From Bacilli bacterium (lineage in GTDB: Bacteria; Bacillota_I; Bacilli_A; RF39; UBA660): 64,000 bases of DNA. A program made the position numbers and the translations under genes. Below the pieces are notes generated by a model, which saw only the letters and a list, made by a program, of their open reading frames with translations, was not told where the DNA came from and made no database searches. The DNA lies in contig JBMNEQ010000002.1 of assembly GCA_050948865.1 (NCBI GenBank), positions 131,943 to 195,942 on the forward strand, read 5' to 3'. Below, in pieces: positions 1 to 9,062 of the stretch (positions are counted from its first letter, which is position 1; every line of letters starts with the position of its first letter).

Positions 1-1
1 A

Positions 2-277
2 AAATATAAAATTAATTATGAAGAAACATTTAATCGCTTATTAGATATCCTTTTAGCTACCTTTGTTATGGTTTTTATTCTTTTATTATTACAATTTATA
101 ATTCCTCTTAATACTACTAATCGTCTTTTAGCTATTCTTTTAACAGGAGGTTATTCTTTAATTGGAATAAGTATTTATCTTTATTTAACAATTAAAGGTG
201 GAGTCTTTGATAATATTTTTGGAAGAGGTTATTTTAAATATTTACTAAATAAAATAAGGAGATGGAAAAATGATTAA
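2..277 (+). CDS. 3' end of a membrane protein gene that begins upstream of the window; product unknown
   Basis: The frame of ORF 68..277 stays open back to position 2 with no stop. The tail is hydrophobic (FILLLLQFIIPL...LLTGGYSLIGISIYLYL). It is truncated by the window edge. Confidence 0.3.
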   Translation, partial: KYKINYEETFNRLLDILLATFVMVFILLLLQFIIPLNTTNRLLAILLTGGYSLIGISIYLYLTIKGGVFDNIFGRGYFKYLLNKIRRWKND

Positions 278-1556
278 ATTTGTAACTAATTTAAAAGAGA
301 AAGAATTTTCTTTATTTGTTGATAATCATCCTAGTAAAGCTCATTTTTTACAATCACCTTTATGGGGTGAAATTAATAAGGAGAGAAAATTTTTTCCTCA
401 TTATGTTGGTTTAAAGAAGGATAATCAACTAATCGCGACAGCTTTAATTTTAGAAAAAAGATTGTATTTTGGGTATTGTTATTTTTATATTCCCAGGGGT
501 TATGTTCTTGATTATTCAGATAAAGAAGTAATAAAGATATTTACTGAATATTTAAAAGTTTATGCTAAAAAAAATAAAGCACTCTTTATAAAAATGGATC
601 CTGATATAAAATTACATTCACTTAATAAAGAAGGAATTCCTTTAAAAGAAGAACCGAATAATTATGCTCTTGTTAAATATTTAGAATCATTAGGTTTTCA
701 ACATCAAGGTTATAATTTAAATTTTGAAGGCAGTCAACCTCGTTATACATTTAGAATTGATTTAACTAAAAAGTGGAAGGAAATAATTGAAGGTTTTTCT
801 AATACTACTAAACAAAGAATAAAAAAGGCCTTGGAATATGAAATAGAGGTATTAGAAGGGACAGAAAAGGAACTTCCTGAGTTTTTTCGTTTAGTTTTTC
901 AAACAGAAGAAAGAAAACAAATATATCAACATGATTACCACTTTTATCAAAAATTATATAGACATTTTCTTCAAGAAGATAAAGTAAAGTTGTTTTTAGG
1001 ACGACTTTATCCTGATAAAATCATTAAGAACTTAGAAAAAGAGAAAGAAATTACAGAAAAGGAATTAGAGAAAATAAATAATTCTAAAGAAACTAAGAAA
1101 AAGAAGAAGTTTCAAGAAGTTAAAAATAAATTAATAAAAATAGATAGTGATTTAAAATTCTTTTTACCTTATAAAGATAAATATCCTAAAGGTTTATTTA
1201 TCAGTGCTCAATTGATTGTTTATTATGGGGATAAAGGTTGGGTTTTATATGCTGGTAATGATTATAAATTTAGCAGAACTTACGCGAATTATTTAGTTTA
1301 TCAAAATCATATTGAAGAAGCTTATCAAAGAAAAGTTAAAATTTATGATCAGTTTGGAACGGTTGGTGATTTAAGAGATGATAATCCTTTAAAAGGGTTA
1401 CATGAATTTAAACGAAAATTTGGTGGAGAATATATAGAATTTATTGGGGAATTTGATTTAATAATTAATAAATTTTTATATTATATATTTATTTATTTAA
1501 TTCCCTTTTATAGAAAAATAAAAAGAAGAATAATTATAAGGAGAATTAAAAAATGA
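270..1556 (+). CDS. FemAB-family (FemX/FemA-like) peptidoglycan cross-bridge aminoacyltransferase
   Basis: The N-terminus MIKFVTNLKEKEFSLFVDNHPSKAHFLQSPLWGEI and a central coiled-coil insertion are typical of FemAB family proteins. It overlaps the downstream ATP-grasp gene by 4 nt (ATGA). Confidence 0.65.
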   Translation: MIKFVTNLKEKEFSLFVDNHPSKAHFLQSPLWGEINKERKFFPHYVGLKKDNQLIATALILEKRLYFGYCYFYIPRGYVLDYSDKEVIKIFTEYLKVYAKKNKALFIKMDPDIKLHSLNKEGIPLKEEPNNYALVKYLESLGFQHQGYNLNFEGSQPRYTFRIDLTKKWKEIIEGFSNTTKQRIKKALEYEIEVLEGTEKELPEFFRLVFQTEERKQIYQHDYHFYQKLYRHFLQEDKVKLFLGRLYPDKIIKNLEKEKEITEKELEKINNSKETKKKKKFQEVKNKLIKIDSDLKFFLPYKDKYPKGLFISAQLIVYYGDKGWVLYAGNDYKFSRTYANYLVYQNHIEEAYQRKVKIYDQFGTVGDLRDDNPLKGLHEFKRKFGGEYIEFIGEFDLIINKFLYYIFIYLIPFYRKIKRRIIIRRIKK

Positions 1557-2782
1557 AGTTTCAAGAAGAAAGTTTTCTCCCCGTTTTACTAGGTGGGGAT
1601 ATTAGTAATTATAGTTTGGCGCGTAGTTTTTATGAAGCCTATCAGATAAAATCGTTGATTGTTGGTCATCATCCTATTTATCCAACAATTTATACAAAAA
1701 TAGTTACAAGCTTTTATGATGAAGATATTGAAAATAAAGAAGTTTTTCTTAATTTAATGAAAAAGATTGATAAGATTTATCCTGATAAAAGAAAGATTTT
1801 ATTAGGAAATAATGATAATTACGTTAGACTTATAATAGAAACTAAAAATAAATTAAGTAAAAACTTTATTGTTCCTTTTATTGATAAATTATTATTTAAT
1901 AAATTAATAGTTAAAGAAGATTTTTATCAAATGTGTGAAAAGTATAATTTGGATTATCCTAAAACATTTATTTTTACATGTTCTAAAAAGGCTAATGTAT
2001 CTATTAAACTTCCTTTTTCTTTTCCTGTTTTTTTAAAACCTTCAGATACTGTTATTTATTCAAAATATAATTTTTTAGGTAAAAAGAAAGGTTATTTTAT
2101 TGAAAATCAAGAAGAATTAGAAAAGACATTAAAACTTTTTTGTAAAGAGAATTATCCTGATAAATTAATTATTCAAGAATATATCCCGGGTGATGATTCT
2201 AAGATGAGAATTGTTACTTGTTATGTTGATCAAAATTCTTTTGTAAAGGGGCTTTCTATGGGACATATTTTATTAGAAGATCATACTCCAATGTTAGTTG
2301 GTAATTATACGGCAATTATGAGTGATTATAATCAGGAGTTAAGTCAAAAAGTTATTCAGTTTTTAGAAGAAATAAAATATCTTGGAATTTGTCATTTTGA
2401 TATTAAATATGATAAGAGAGATAAAAAATATAAATTTTTAGAAATGAATATTCGGCAAGGCAGAAATAATTATTATACAACTGCAGCGGGTCTTAATTTA
2501 GGGGAATGTTTAGTTAATGATTATATTAAAATGAAGAAGTTAAAATTAATCATCGCTAAAAAGCCTTGTATTTGTAGTATTATTCCTAAATATGTTCTTT
2601 ATAAATATGTAAATCCAGAATTAAAAAGTCAATTAAAAAAGATAATTAAAGAAAAAGGTTGGGTTCGTCCTTTATTAATGAAAGGTGATTATAATTTTCT
2701 TCGTTTAAAACAACATATTAAAGCTGATTTTAAAAGTATTTCTAATTATAAAAAATATTATAGAAAGGATGATCAATATTAA
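1553..2782 (+). CDS. ATP-grasp family ligase; candidate peptidoglycan side-chain amino acid ligase (Asl-like)
   Basis: ATP-grasp motifs are present (FLKPSDTVIYSKYNF...KLIIQEYIPGDDSKMRIVTCYV...LEMNIRQGRNNY). It is translationally coupled to the FemAB gene. Confidence 0.5.
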   Translation: MKFQEESFLPVLLGGDISNYSLARSFYEAYQIKSLIVGHHPIYPTIYTKIVTSFYDEDIENKEVFLNLMKKIDKIYPDKRKILLGNNDNYVRLIIETKNKLSKNFIVPFIDKLLFNKLIVKEDFYQMCEKYNLDYPKTFIFTCSKKANVSIKLPFSFPVFLKPSDTVIYSKYNFLGKKKGYFIENQEELEKTLKLFCKENYPDKLIIQEYIPGDDSKMRIVTCYVDQNSFVKGLSMGHILLEDHTPMLVGNYTAIMSDYNQELSQKVIQFLEEIKYLGICHFDIKYDKRDKKYKFLEMNIRQGRNNYYTTAAGLNLGECLVNDYIKMKKLKLIIAKKPCICSIIPKYVLYKYVNPELKSQLKKIIKEKGWVRPLLMKGDYNFLRLKQHIKADFKSISNYKKYYRKDDQY

Positions 2783-3260
2783 AAAACTATTATTAATCTT
2801 TCTTTTAATATTAATAACTAGTTGTTCTAATGATGTAAAAATAGAAAAAGAAGTTTATAATCAATTTCTTAAAGAAATAACTAATGCCACGGAAGATAAA
2901 TTTAATAAAACTTTACCTTTTGATATTGATGTTTCTTTTGATGCGCTAAAAGAAATAGAAATAGCTTATCAAGTTACGATTGATAATCCTAGAGAAAACA
3001 TTAGAAATATTAAAGTAATAGCAGTTCATGATCAAGAAACAAAAGATTTATTTCCTACTTCTGGTATCTTTGAAGAACCTTTAAATTTAATTCCTAATGT
3101 AGTAAATTTAGATTCTAATTATGTGAAAGGAATAATATTAGTCGGTTATATTCCTTATACGGGTTACATAGAAAACTTTACTGGAGAAATTAAAGTTTTA
3201 ATCGAATATGAGGATGATTTATCTAATCTTCATCAAGTATTTTATCGTTTCGAAATATGA
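2769..3260 (+). CDS. putative lipoprotein
   Basis: Signal peptide with a lipobox (LLILITSC). Overlaps the upstream gene end. Confidence 0.45.
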   Translation: MINIKKLLLIFLLILITSCSNDVKIEKEVYNQFLKEITNATEDKFNKTLPFDIDVSFDALKEIEIAYQVTIDNPRENIRNIKVIAVHDQETKDLFPTSGIFEEPLNLIPNVVNLDSNYVKGIILVGYIPYTGYIENFTGEIKVLIEYEDDLSNLHQVFYRFEI

Positions 3261-3305
3261 CAAAGATAAACAGTTAAAAGTTTTATACTTTAATTGGTGA
3301 TCTAA

Positions 3306-3476
3306 ATGAAAGTGAAAATTTTTGATGAAGAACATGAAAAAGATTTAGAAATAGTTATTAATAATTTTTTAAAAGAATTAGAGGGAGAAGTAGTTGATAT
3401 TAAATATCAAGTAGGTTTAGCAGTTTTCTCTTCTGAACAAGTTTTTTGTTTTTCAGCTTTGATTATTTACCGTTAA
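3306..3476 (+). CDS. cse60: Cse60-like small sporulation protein; not in the ORF track (56 aa)
   Basis: Translation is MKVKIFDEEHEKDLEIVINNFLKELEGEVVDIKYQVGLAVFSSEQVFCFSALIIYR, which resembles B. subtilis Cse60/YteV (KVFDEEHEKDLE...IKY...YCFSAL). It lies immediately upstream of spoVA. Confidence 0.5.
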   Translation: MKVKIFDEEHEKDLEIVINNFLKELEGEVVDIKYQVGLAVFSSEQVFCFSALIIYR

Positions 3477-3489
3477 ATAGTACTTAAAT

Positions 3490-3519
3490 GTATTATTTTT
3501 TTTTATTTAATCCATATTA
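3490..3519 (+). promoter_or_regulatory. putative forespore sigma-F/G-type promoter upstream of spoVAC (GTATT-N18-CATATTA)
   Basis: The -10 CATATTA matches the SigG CATnnTA consensus, and GTATT lies 18 nt upstream. spoVA is SigG-dependent in Bacillus. Confidence 0.3.
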
Positions 3520-3536
3520 AATAGTGAGGTGTTAAT

Positions 3537-3974
3537 ATGGATAAAAAAATGTATCAAGATTTAGTTAAGCGTTTATCTCCTAAAGAAAATAAAATTTATA
3601 ATATTATGAAAGCTTTTTTAATAGGAGGACTTTTAGGTCTTTTCGCTCAATTTATTATTGATATTTATCTTTATAATAATATTCCCCAAAAAGAAGCGAA
3701 TACCTTTATGATTATTACTTTAATAATAATTGCAAGCATTTGGACAGCTATTGGTAATTTTGATAATTTAGTTGGTTTTGCTAAGGCTGGTTTAATAGTT
3801 CCCATAACTGGTTTTGCTCATGCGATGACTAGTTCAGCTATGGAATATCGTAAAGAAGGTTTAATACAAGGAATAGGTTCTAATATTTTTAAATTATCTG
3901 GTAGTGTTATTTTATATGGGGTAACTGCCGCTTATGTTTTTGGTTTAATTAGAATACTTTTATTTGGAGGTTAA
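3537..3974 (+). CDS. spoVAC: stage V sporulation protein AC
   Basis: Translation MDKKMYQDLVKRLSPKENKIYNIMKAFLIGGLLGLFAQ is a SpoVAC membrane protein. It is first of the spoVAC-AD-AE tricistron. Confidence 0.9.
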   Translation: MDKKMYQDLVKRLSPKENKIYNIMKAFLIGGLLGLFAQFIIDIYLYNNIPQKEANTFMIITLIIIASIWTAIGNFDNLVGFAKAGLIVPITGFAHAMTSSAMEYRKEGLIQGIGSNIFKLSGSVILYGVTAAYVFGLIRILLFGG

Positions 3975-4968
3975 TATGACAATAAAATTTATAAATGTTT
4001 ATCTTAATGAAGTTAGTACTATAACAGGAGAATTAGAAGAACAAGGTCCTTTATCAAAAAGTTTTGATAAAAGTTATAAAGATTATTATTTTGAACAAGA
4101 AACTTGGGAACAAGCAGAAATTAAAATGATGACAGAAAGTATTAATATTTTATTAAATAAGATTAATAAAGAAAAAAAGGATATTAATCTATTTTTAGCA
4201 GGGGATTTATTAAATCAACTTACTGCTTCTAGTTATACTTCTTCTTATTTAGGAGTACCTTTTTTAGGGCTTTATGGTGCTTGTTCAACTTCTTGTGAAA
4301 GTTTAATAGTGGGTTCAGTATTACTTTCAAACAAACAAATAGAGAATTGTATTTGTTCTGTTAGTTCTCATAATTTAGTTGCAGAAAAACAATTTCGTAA
4401 TCCTGTAGAATATGGGGCTCCTAAACCTAAAACAACAACTTTAACAGCGACAGGAGCAGCAAGTGCCTTTTTAAGTAGAAATAAAAGCAAAATAATGATT
4501 GAAAGTGGAACCATTGGTAAAACTCTAGATTTAGGAATAAAGGATGCTTCTCATTTAGGTTCAGCGATGGCACCTGCAGCTGCGGATACTATTTATCAAC
4601 ATTTAAGTGATTTAAAAAGGGAACCTAATTATTATGATTTAATTTTAACGGGAGATTTAGGTGAATATGGAAAGAAAATTTTTTTAGAATATATGAAAAC
4701 TGAATATGGTTATAATCTTTCTAAAAATTATGATGATTGTGGAACAATTTTATATGATACTAATAGACAAAACGTTTATGCAGGAGCTGGAGGATCAGTT
4801 ACTAGTGCTTTGGTTACTTATGCTTCTATAATTAATAAAATGAAAAAAGAAGAATTAAATAGGGTTTTAATCGTAGCGACAGGAGCTTTATTTTCTCAAA
4901 CAATGGTTAATCAAAAAATGACAATTCCTTCTATCGCTCATGCCATTAGTTTGGAGGTCGTTCCATGA
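3964..4968 (+). CDS. spoVAD: stage V sporulation protein AD
   Basis: LGVPFLGLYGACSTSCESL and the thiolase-like fold signature of SpoVAD are present. Confidence 0.9.
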   Translation: MEVNMTIKFINVYLNEVSTITGELEEQGPLSKSFDKSYKDYYFEQETWEQAEIKMMTESINILLNKINKEKKDINLFLAGDLLNQLTASSYTSSYLGVPFLGLYGACSTSCESLIVGSVLLSNKQIENCICSVSSHNLVAEKQFRNPVEYGAPKPKTTTLTATGAASAFLSRNKSKIMIESGTIGKTLDLGIKDASHLGSAMAPAAADTIYQHLSDLKREPNYYDLILTGDLGEYGKKIFLEYMKTEYGYNLSKNYDDCGTILYDTNRQNVYAGAGGSVTSALVTYASIINKMKKEELNRVLIVATGALFSQTMVNQKMTIPSIAHAISLEVVP

Positions 4969-5315
4969 TTTATGTTAAAGCTTTTATATTTTCTGGTTTA
5001 GTTTGTGTTATAGGACAAATAATATTAGATAATACTAAATGGACACCAGGTCATTTAACGTCATTTTTTGTTACTTTAGGAGCTTTTTTAGATATTTTTT
5101 CTATCTATGATAAATTTGTTTTATGGGCAGGTGGTGGCGCTTTAGTTCCAATTACTAGTTTTGGTCATTTACTTATTCATGGAGCTTTAGAAAAGGCTAA
5201 GGAATATAGTATTCTAGGATTAAGTATGGGAATGTTTGATTTAACAGCTTCAGGAATAATTTCGGCAATTATAATCGCCTTTGTTTTAGCTTTAATATTT
5301 AAACCAAAAAATTAA
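4965..5315 (+). CDS. spoVAE: stage V sporulation protein AE (AEB-type)
   Basis: A 116 aa membrane protein homologous to SpoVAEB. It overlaps the spoVAD stop. Confidence 0.85.
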   Translation: MIYVKAFIFSGLVCVIGQIILDNTKWTPGHLTSFFVTLGAFLDIFSIYDKFVLWAGGGALVPITSFGHLLIHGALEKAKEYSILGLSMGMFDLTASGIISAIIIAFVLALIFKPKN

Positions 5316-5386
5316 AAACTCAAGTAATTATACTGGAGTTTTTAATTGATTTTCATGATATAATTGAAGATAGGGAGTGGTTTAAA

Positions 5387-6109
5387 GTGGCTTATCAAGT
5401 AAAAATTAATGAGTTTGAAGGACCGTTAGATTTATTGCTTCATTTAATAAAGGAAGCGGATATTGATATTTATTTGATAAAATTAGAAGAAATAACTAAA
5501 CAATATTTAGATTATATAAAAGAAATGGAAAAATTAAATTTATCAATCGCTAGTGAATATTTAGTTTTAGCAGCTGAATTAATAGAAATAAAAGCTAAAT
5601 CTTTATTACCAAAAAAAGAATCTAATGATAATGAAGAAGCGGAAGAAGATCCTCGGGAAAAATTAATAAATCGGTTAATTGAGTATCAGGCTTATAAAGA
5701 AATTACGAATAATTTTAAAGAATTAAAAGAAGAGAGAGATAATATTTTTACTAAAATACCATCAAGTTTAAAAGAATATTCTCTTAATATAAAGAGATCT
5801 TCAAATGTTAGTGGGAATGATTTAGTAGAAGCTTTAGTGAAATTTTTAAATCAAACTGAAGAAGATAGACCTTTACAAACAAAAATTATTAATGAAGAAT
5901 GGTCTTTAAAAGAACGTTCTAATTTTATTAAAGAGATCTTAAAAGATAAAAAAAGTGTTTCCTTTTTCAATCTTTTTGCTAAACAATCTAAAAGTTTAAT
6001 TGTGGTAACTTTTCTATCAATTTTAGATTTAGCGAATAAAGGAGAAATAATTATCAGACAAAATAATTCTTTTGATATAATATATTTGGAGTTAAAAGGA
6101 AGTGTGTAA
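5387..6109 (+). CDS. scpA: segregation and condensation protein A
   Basis: N-terminus MAYQVKINEFEGPLDLLLHLI (GTG start). Adjacent to scpB. Confidence 0.85.
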   Translation: MAYQVKINEFEGPLDLLLHLIKEADIDIYLIKLEEITKQYLDYIKEMEKLNLSIASEYLVLAAELIEIKAKSLLPKKESNDNEEAEEDPREKLINRLIEYQAYKEITNNFKELKEERDNIFTKIPSSLKEYSLNIKRSSNVSGNDLVEALVKFLNQTEEDRPLQTKIINEEWSLKERSNFIKEILKDKKSVSFFNLFAKQSKSLIVVTFLSILDLANKGEIIIRQNNSFDIIYLELKGSV

Positions 6110-6674
6110 AATGAACCTTAAAGCAGTCTTAGAAGGACTTTTATTTGTTGTTGGGGATGATGGTTTAACTATGGAACAAATTTGTTTAATAATGGAAATT
6201 GATAATCAAGAAGCTAAGGAATTGATTTTAAATTTAAAAAAGGATTATGAAGAGGAAAATCGGGGTTTAAGAATTAATTTTTTAGGGAATACTTTTAAAT
6301 TAACAACAAAAGAAGAACATAAAGATTATTATTTAAAATTATTTTTAGAGGAAACGTCTGTTTCTTTATCTCAGGCGGCTCTTGAAGTTTTAGCAATTAT
6401 CGTGTATAATGAGCCTATCACAAGAATTCAAGTAGATGATATTAGAGGAGTAAATAGTGGCCAAATAATAAGAAAATTAGTGGCTAAAGGTTTAATTAAA
6501 GAAGTGGGGCGATCTGATTTACCTGGACGTCCAATTCTTTATAAAACGACTAATGAGTTTTTTGATTATTTTGGTTTAGCTTCTAAAGAAGAACTTCCAA
6601 AGTTAGAAATGAAATCTAGTTCTTTAAAAACTGAATTTGATTTATTTTCCTCAAATTATAAAGAAGAAAAATAA
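6102..6674 (+). CDS. scpB: segregation and condensation protein B
   Basis: ScpB winged-helix signature (LEGLLFVVGDDGLT...ITRIQVDDIRGVNSGQIIRKL). Confidence 0.85.
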   Translation: MCKMNLKAVLEGLLFVVGDDGLTMEQICLIMEIDNQEAKELILNLKKDYEEENRGLRINFLGNTFKLTTKEEHKDYYLKLFLEETSVSLSQAALEVLAIIVYNEPITRIQVDDIRGVNSGQIIRKLVAKGLIKEVGRSDLPGRPILYKTTNEFFDYFGLASKEELPKLEMKSSSLKTEFDLFSSNYKEEK

Positions 6675-6676
6675 TT

Positions 6677-6762
6677 GCCAGTGTGGTGGAATGGTAGACA
6701 CGTCAGACTCAAAATCTGATGATGGTAACATTATGTCGGTTCAAGTCCGACCACTGGCACCA
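6677..6762 (+). tRNA. tRNA-Leu (anticodon CAA)
   Basis: Cloverleaf with a long variable arm, anticodon loop CTCAAAA, and a 3' CCA. Confidence 0.8.
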
Positions 6763-6775
6763 AAAAGTAGGTGTG

Positions 6776-7108
6776 ATGATGAAATATTTTAAATTAATTT
6801 TAATAATATTAATAATAAGTGGTTGTGGTTTTAAAAGTAAATATAAAAAATTAGAAGAAGAATTTTTAGAAATAAGTTCTGATTATTATGAAGAGTATAT
6901 TTTAGGGCGTTATGAATTAGATAATTTATTACAAATAACTTTAAGTGATCTTGAAGCGAATGAATATGATATAAAAAACTTTATTAAAAATAAATGTGAT
7001 ATGAATTCTTATGTTTTTATAGAACCTATTTATGATAATGGTGTTGTAATTGATTATGAAATAGAAAGTTTTTTAACTTGTGGAAGTTATCAAACACCAA
7101 AAGATTAA
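6776..7108 (+). CDS. putative lipoprotein; ORF 6719..7108 trimmed to the ATG after the tRNA
   Basis: N-terminus MMKYFKLILIILIISGC with a lipobox. The upstream part of the ORF overlaps tRNA-Leu. Confidence 0.45.
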   Translation: MMKYFKLILIILIISGCGFKSKYKKLEEEFLEISSDYYEEYILGRYELDNLLQITLSDLEANEYDIKNFIKNKCDMNSYVFIEPIYDNGVVIDYEIESFLTCGSYQTPKD

Positions 7109-7160
7109 ATTATTATTGCCTAAATCAAATAAATTTGTTATATTAATAATGTCTTTTTAT

Positions 7161-7237
7161 GGCGATGTAGCTCAGCTGGCTAGAGCGTTCGGCTCATACC
7201 CGAAAGGTCGGGAGTTCAAGTCTCCCCGTCGCTACCA
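7161..7237 (+). tRNA. tRNA-Met (anticodon CAT, elongator-type)
   Basis: GGCGATGTAGCTCAGCTGG...GGCTCATACCCG...CCA with a G1-C72 pair. It is followed by a hairpin and T-run terminator. Confidence 0.8.
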
Positions 7238-7242
7238 AATGA

Positions 7243-7272
7243 GTAAAACTTGTTTAGACAAGTTTTTTTATT
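7243..7272 (+). terminator. rho-independent terminator after tRNA-Met
   Basis: aaaacttgtttagacaagttttttt: a 6-bp stem (cttgtc/gacaag) followed by a T-run. Confidence 0.5.
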
Positions 7273-7325
7273 GACTTTTAAAAATTTTAAATGTTACAAT
7301 TAAATTATAATTGTAAGGAGAATTT

Positions 7326-7787
7326 ATGAAAAGATTTTTAAATTTATTTTCTAAAGAAAATGATAATGAACAACAAAAAATAATTGATCAATATTTAATG
7401 AATGGTTATCAAAAGATAATTGAATATAATAATAATTATTTGTTAATTAATGATCAATATAAGAAATTTACGATGGGGGAAAAGATTTATAAATTTGAAG
7501 ATTTATTATCTGTAGAAATATTAGAAAATAATGAAGTTATTGCGCAAGCCCATAGTGAGAATAAAATATTTAAAACAGATCATTATCAAAATTTATCTAA
7601 TAAAAATAGGCAAATATGTTTAAGATTAGAATTAAGATTGCTTTTTAACTCATTGATTGATTCAGAATTAAAAATTCCTTTAATTAATAAAAAAATGAAA
7701 AAAGGTTCTAAACAATATAAAAAGGCTTATGATATAGCCCAAGAATATTTTTTAAATTTTAAGTTTATTTTAAATCAAAAAAATTAA
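7326..7787 (+). CDS. hypothetical protein
   Basis: A 153 aa ORF with no recognisable family. Confidence 0.35.
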   Translation: MKRFLNLFSKENDNEQQKIIDQYLMNGYQKIIEYNNNYLLINDQYKKFTMGEKIYKFEDLLSVEILENNEVIAQAHSENKIFKTDHYQNLSNKNRQICLRLELRLLFNSLIDSELKIPLINKKMKKGSKQYKKAYDIAQEYFLNFKFILNQKN

Positions 7788-7796
7788 GAATTTCCC

Positions 7797-8405
7797 TTAA
7801 TTTTTTTTATGAGGAATATTATTTAAAAGATAATCAAATAGAGATTTATATTGTTTTATAATTACTGTTTCTAAATTGATATGTTTTATGATAGAAAAAA
7901 TAATATCGATGATTAAGTAAAGAAATAAAAAGAAGGTTATGATCATTAAAGTTAAATTAAAAGTAATTAGTTTTTCAATAAAAGGATGAAGTCCTTTAAT
8001 TAAAAGTAAACTTAAAATTCCCCAAAAGAAAGAATTTAATAAACAGATTCTTCCTTTGATATTAAAAAAACGATTAGAATAATCCCACCATTTCATTTGA
8101 AAAATTAATTCCATTAACCAACCAATAAAATATTCCCATAGACTCATAATTAAAATAGAGGTTATAAAAATTAAAAATATATTATATTGTAAATATTTAA
8201 AAATATAAATTAATATTAAAGAACCAAATCCATAGATTGGACAAAAGGGTCCATATAAAAAGCCACTATTAATTAATTTCTTTTGATAAAGGGAAATATA
8301 GGTAGATTCTAATAACCATCCAACAAAACTATAAATGATTAAAAATAGGATTATATATTTTATATTAGTAAAATCAATTAAAAGTATTTTTAACTCAAGA
8401 AACAT
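7797..8405 (-). CDS. polytopic membrane protein (DUF-type, putative ABC-transporter type IV-like)
   Basis: 5-6 predicted TM helices with FVGWLLE...GPFCPIYGFG motifs. Confidence 0.45.
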   Translation of the reverse strand: MFLELKILLIDFTNIKYIILFLIIYSFVGWLLESTYISLYQKKLINSGFLYGPFCPIYGFGSLILIYIFKYLQYNIFLIFITSILIMSLWEYFIGWLMELIFQMKWWDYSNRFFNIKGRICLLNSFFWGILSLLLIKGLHPFIEKLITFNLTLMIITFFLFLYLIIDIIFSIIKHINLETVIIKQYKSLFDYLLNNIPHKKN

Positions 8406-8541
8406 TCTAATTACTCCTTTATTGTTTTTATTATACTATATTTTGTTTAACTTTTTAATAAAATTATGATTAATTTTATCTTCAAGGAGTCTTCTAAATT
8501 CTTAATATTAAATTAAAAAACTACTTTTTAAGTAGTTCTTT

Positions 8542-8886
8542 TTATAACATTTGCATAGAAGTATGATAAGGATTAGAAGATAAATCTTTGTTCAAATTTG
8601 GTGTTTCTAAGGGTTCAGGACGTTGACTTGTTATGATAGATGATTTTTCTAATCTTGTTAATCGATCATCCATTCTTTTTAAATCCCTTTCTAGGGAATT
8701 TATTCTATTTTCTAATTTGTTAAGTTCAGGGGTGGGCATTCCTGGCATAGTAGTCATTGGTGGCATACCAGTAAAAGGGGTATCACTCATTGGCTGCATA
8801 CTAGGAAATTGGGGTCCTGGCATAGGATTTATTCCTGGAGTAAATTGCATTCCAGGATGAAACATGCCTTGAAAATCTGTTTGCAT
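8542..8886 (-). CDS. Pro/Met-rich low-complexity protein with a C-terminal coiled coil
   Basis: PGMxxP/MPGMP repeats followed by LNKLENRINSLERDLKRMDDRLTRLEK. The opposite-strand ORF 8633..8860 is a Gly-rich artefact. Confidence 0.45.
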   Translation of the reverse strand: MQTDFQGMFHPGMQFTPGINPMPGPQFPSMQPMSDTPFTGMPPMTTMPGMPTPELNKLENRINSLERDLKRMDDRLTRLEKSSIITSQRPEPLETPNLNKDLSSNPYHTSMQML

Positions 8887-9062
8887 TATTCCTCCTTTTT
8901 ATCTTTTTAATTAATATATGCTTTAGTTTATTTTTTGTTTAGGCTGTTGTATAATAACATTATAAGCTTTTTAAAAAGATATTTGATTGACATATTTTGA
9001 AGACTTTAGGTCTTTATATCTTTGTTTTTCCATGTTATAATATGAAGAAAGTAGGTGGCCTT

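Noticed and set aside
6719-6775. 5' part of ORF 6719..7108
   Set aside because: It overlaps tRNA-Leu. The gene was trimmed to the ATG at 6776, which gives a lipoprotein signal peptide.
7080-7274. 64-aa ORF
   Set aside because: It lies entirely over tRNA-Met (7161..7237) and its terminator. It is spurious.
8633-8860. 75-aa plus-strand ORF
   Set aside because: It is the antisense of the Pro-rich gene (Pro codons read backwards give Gly-rich ORFs). It has no RBS.
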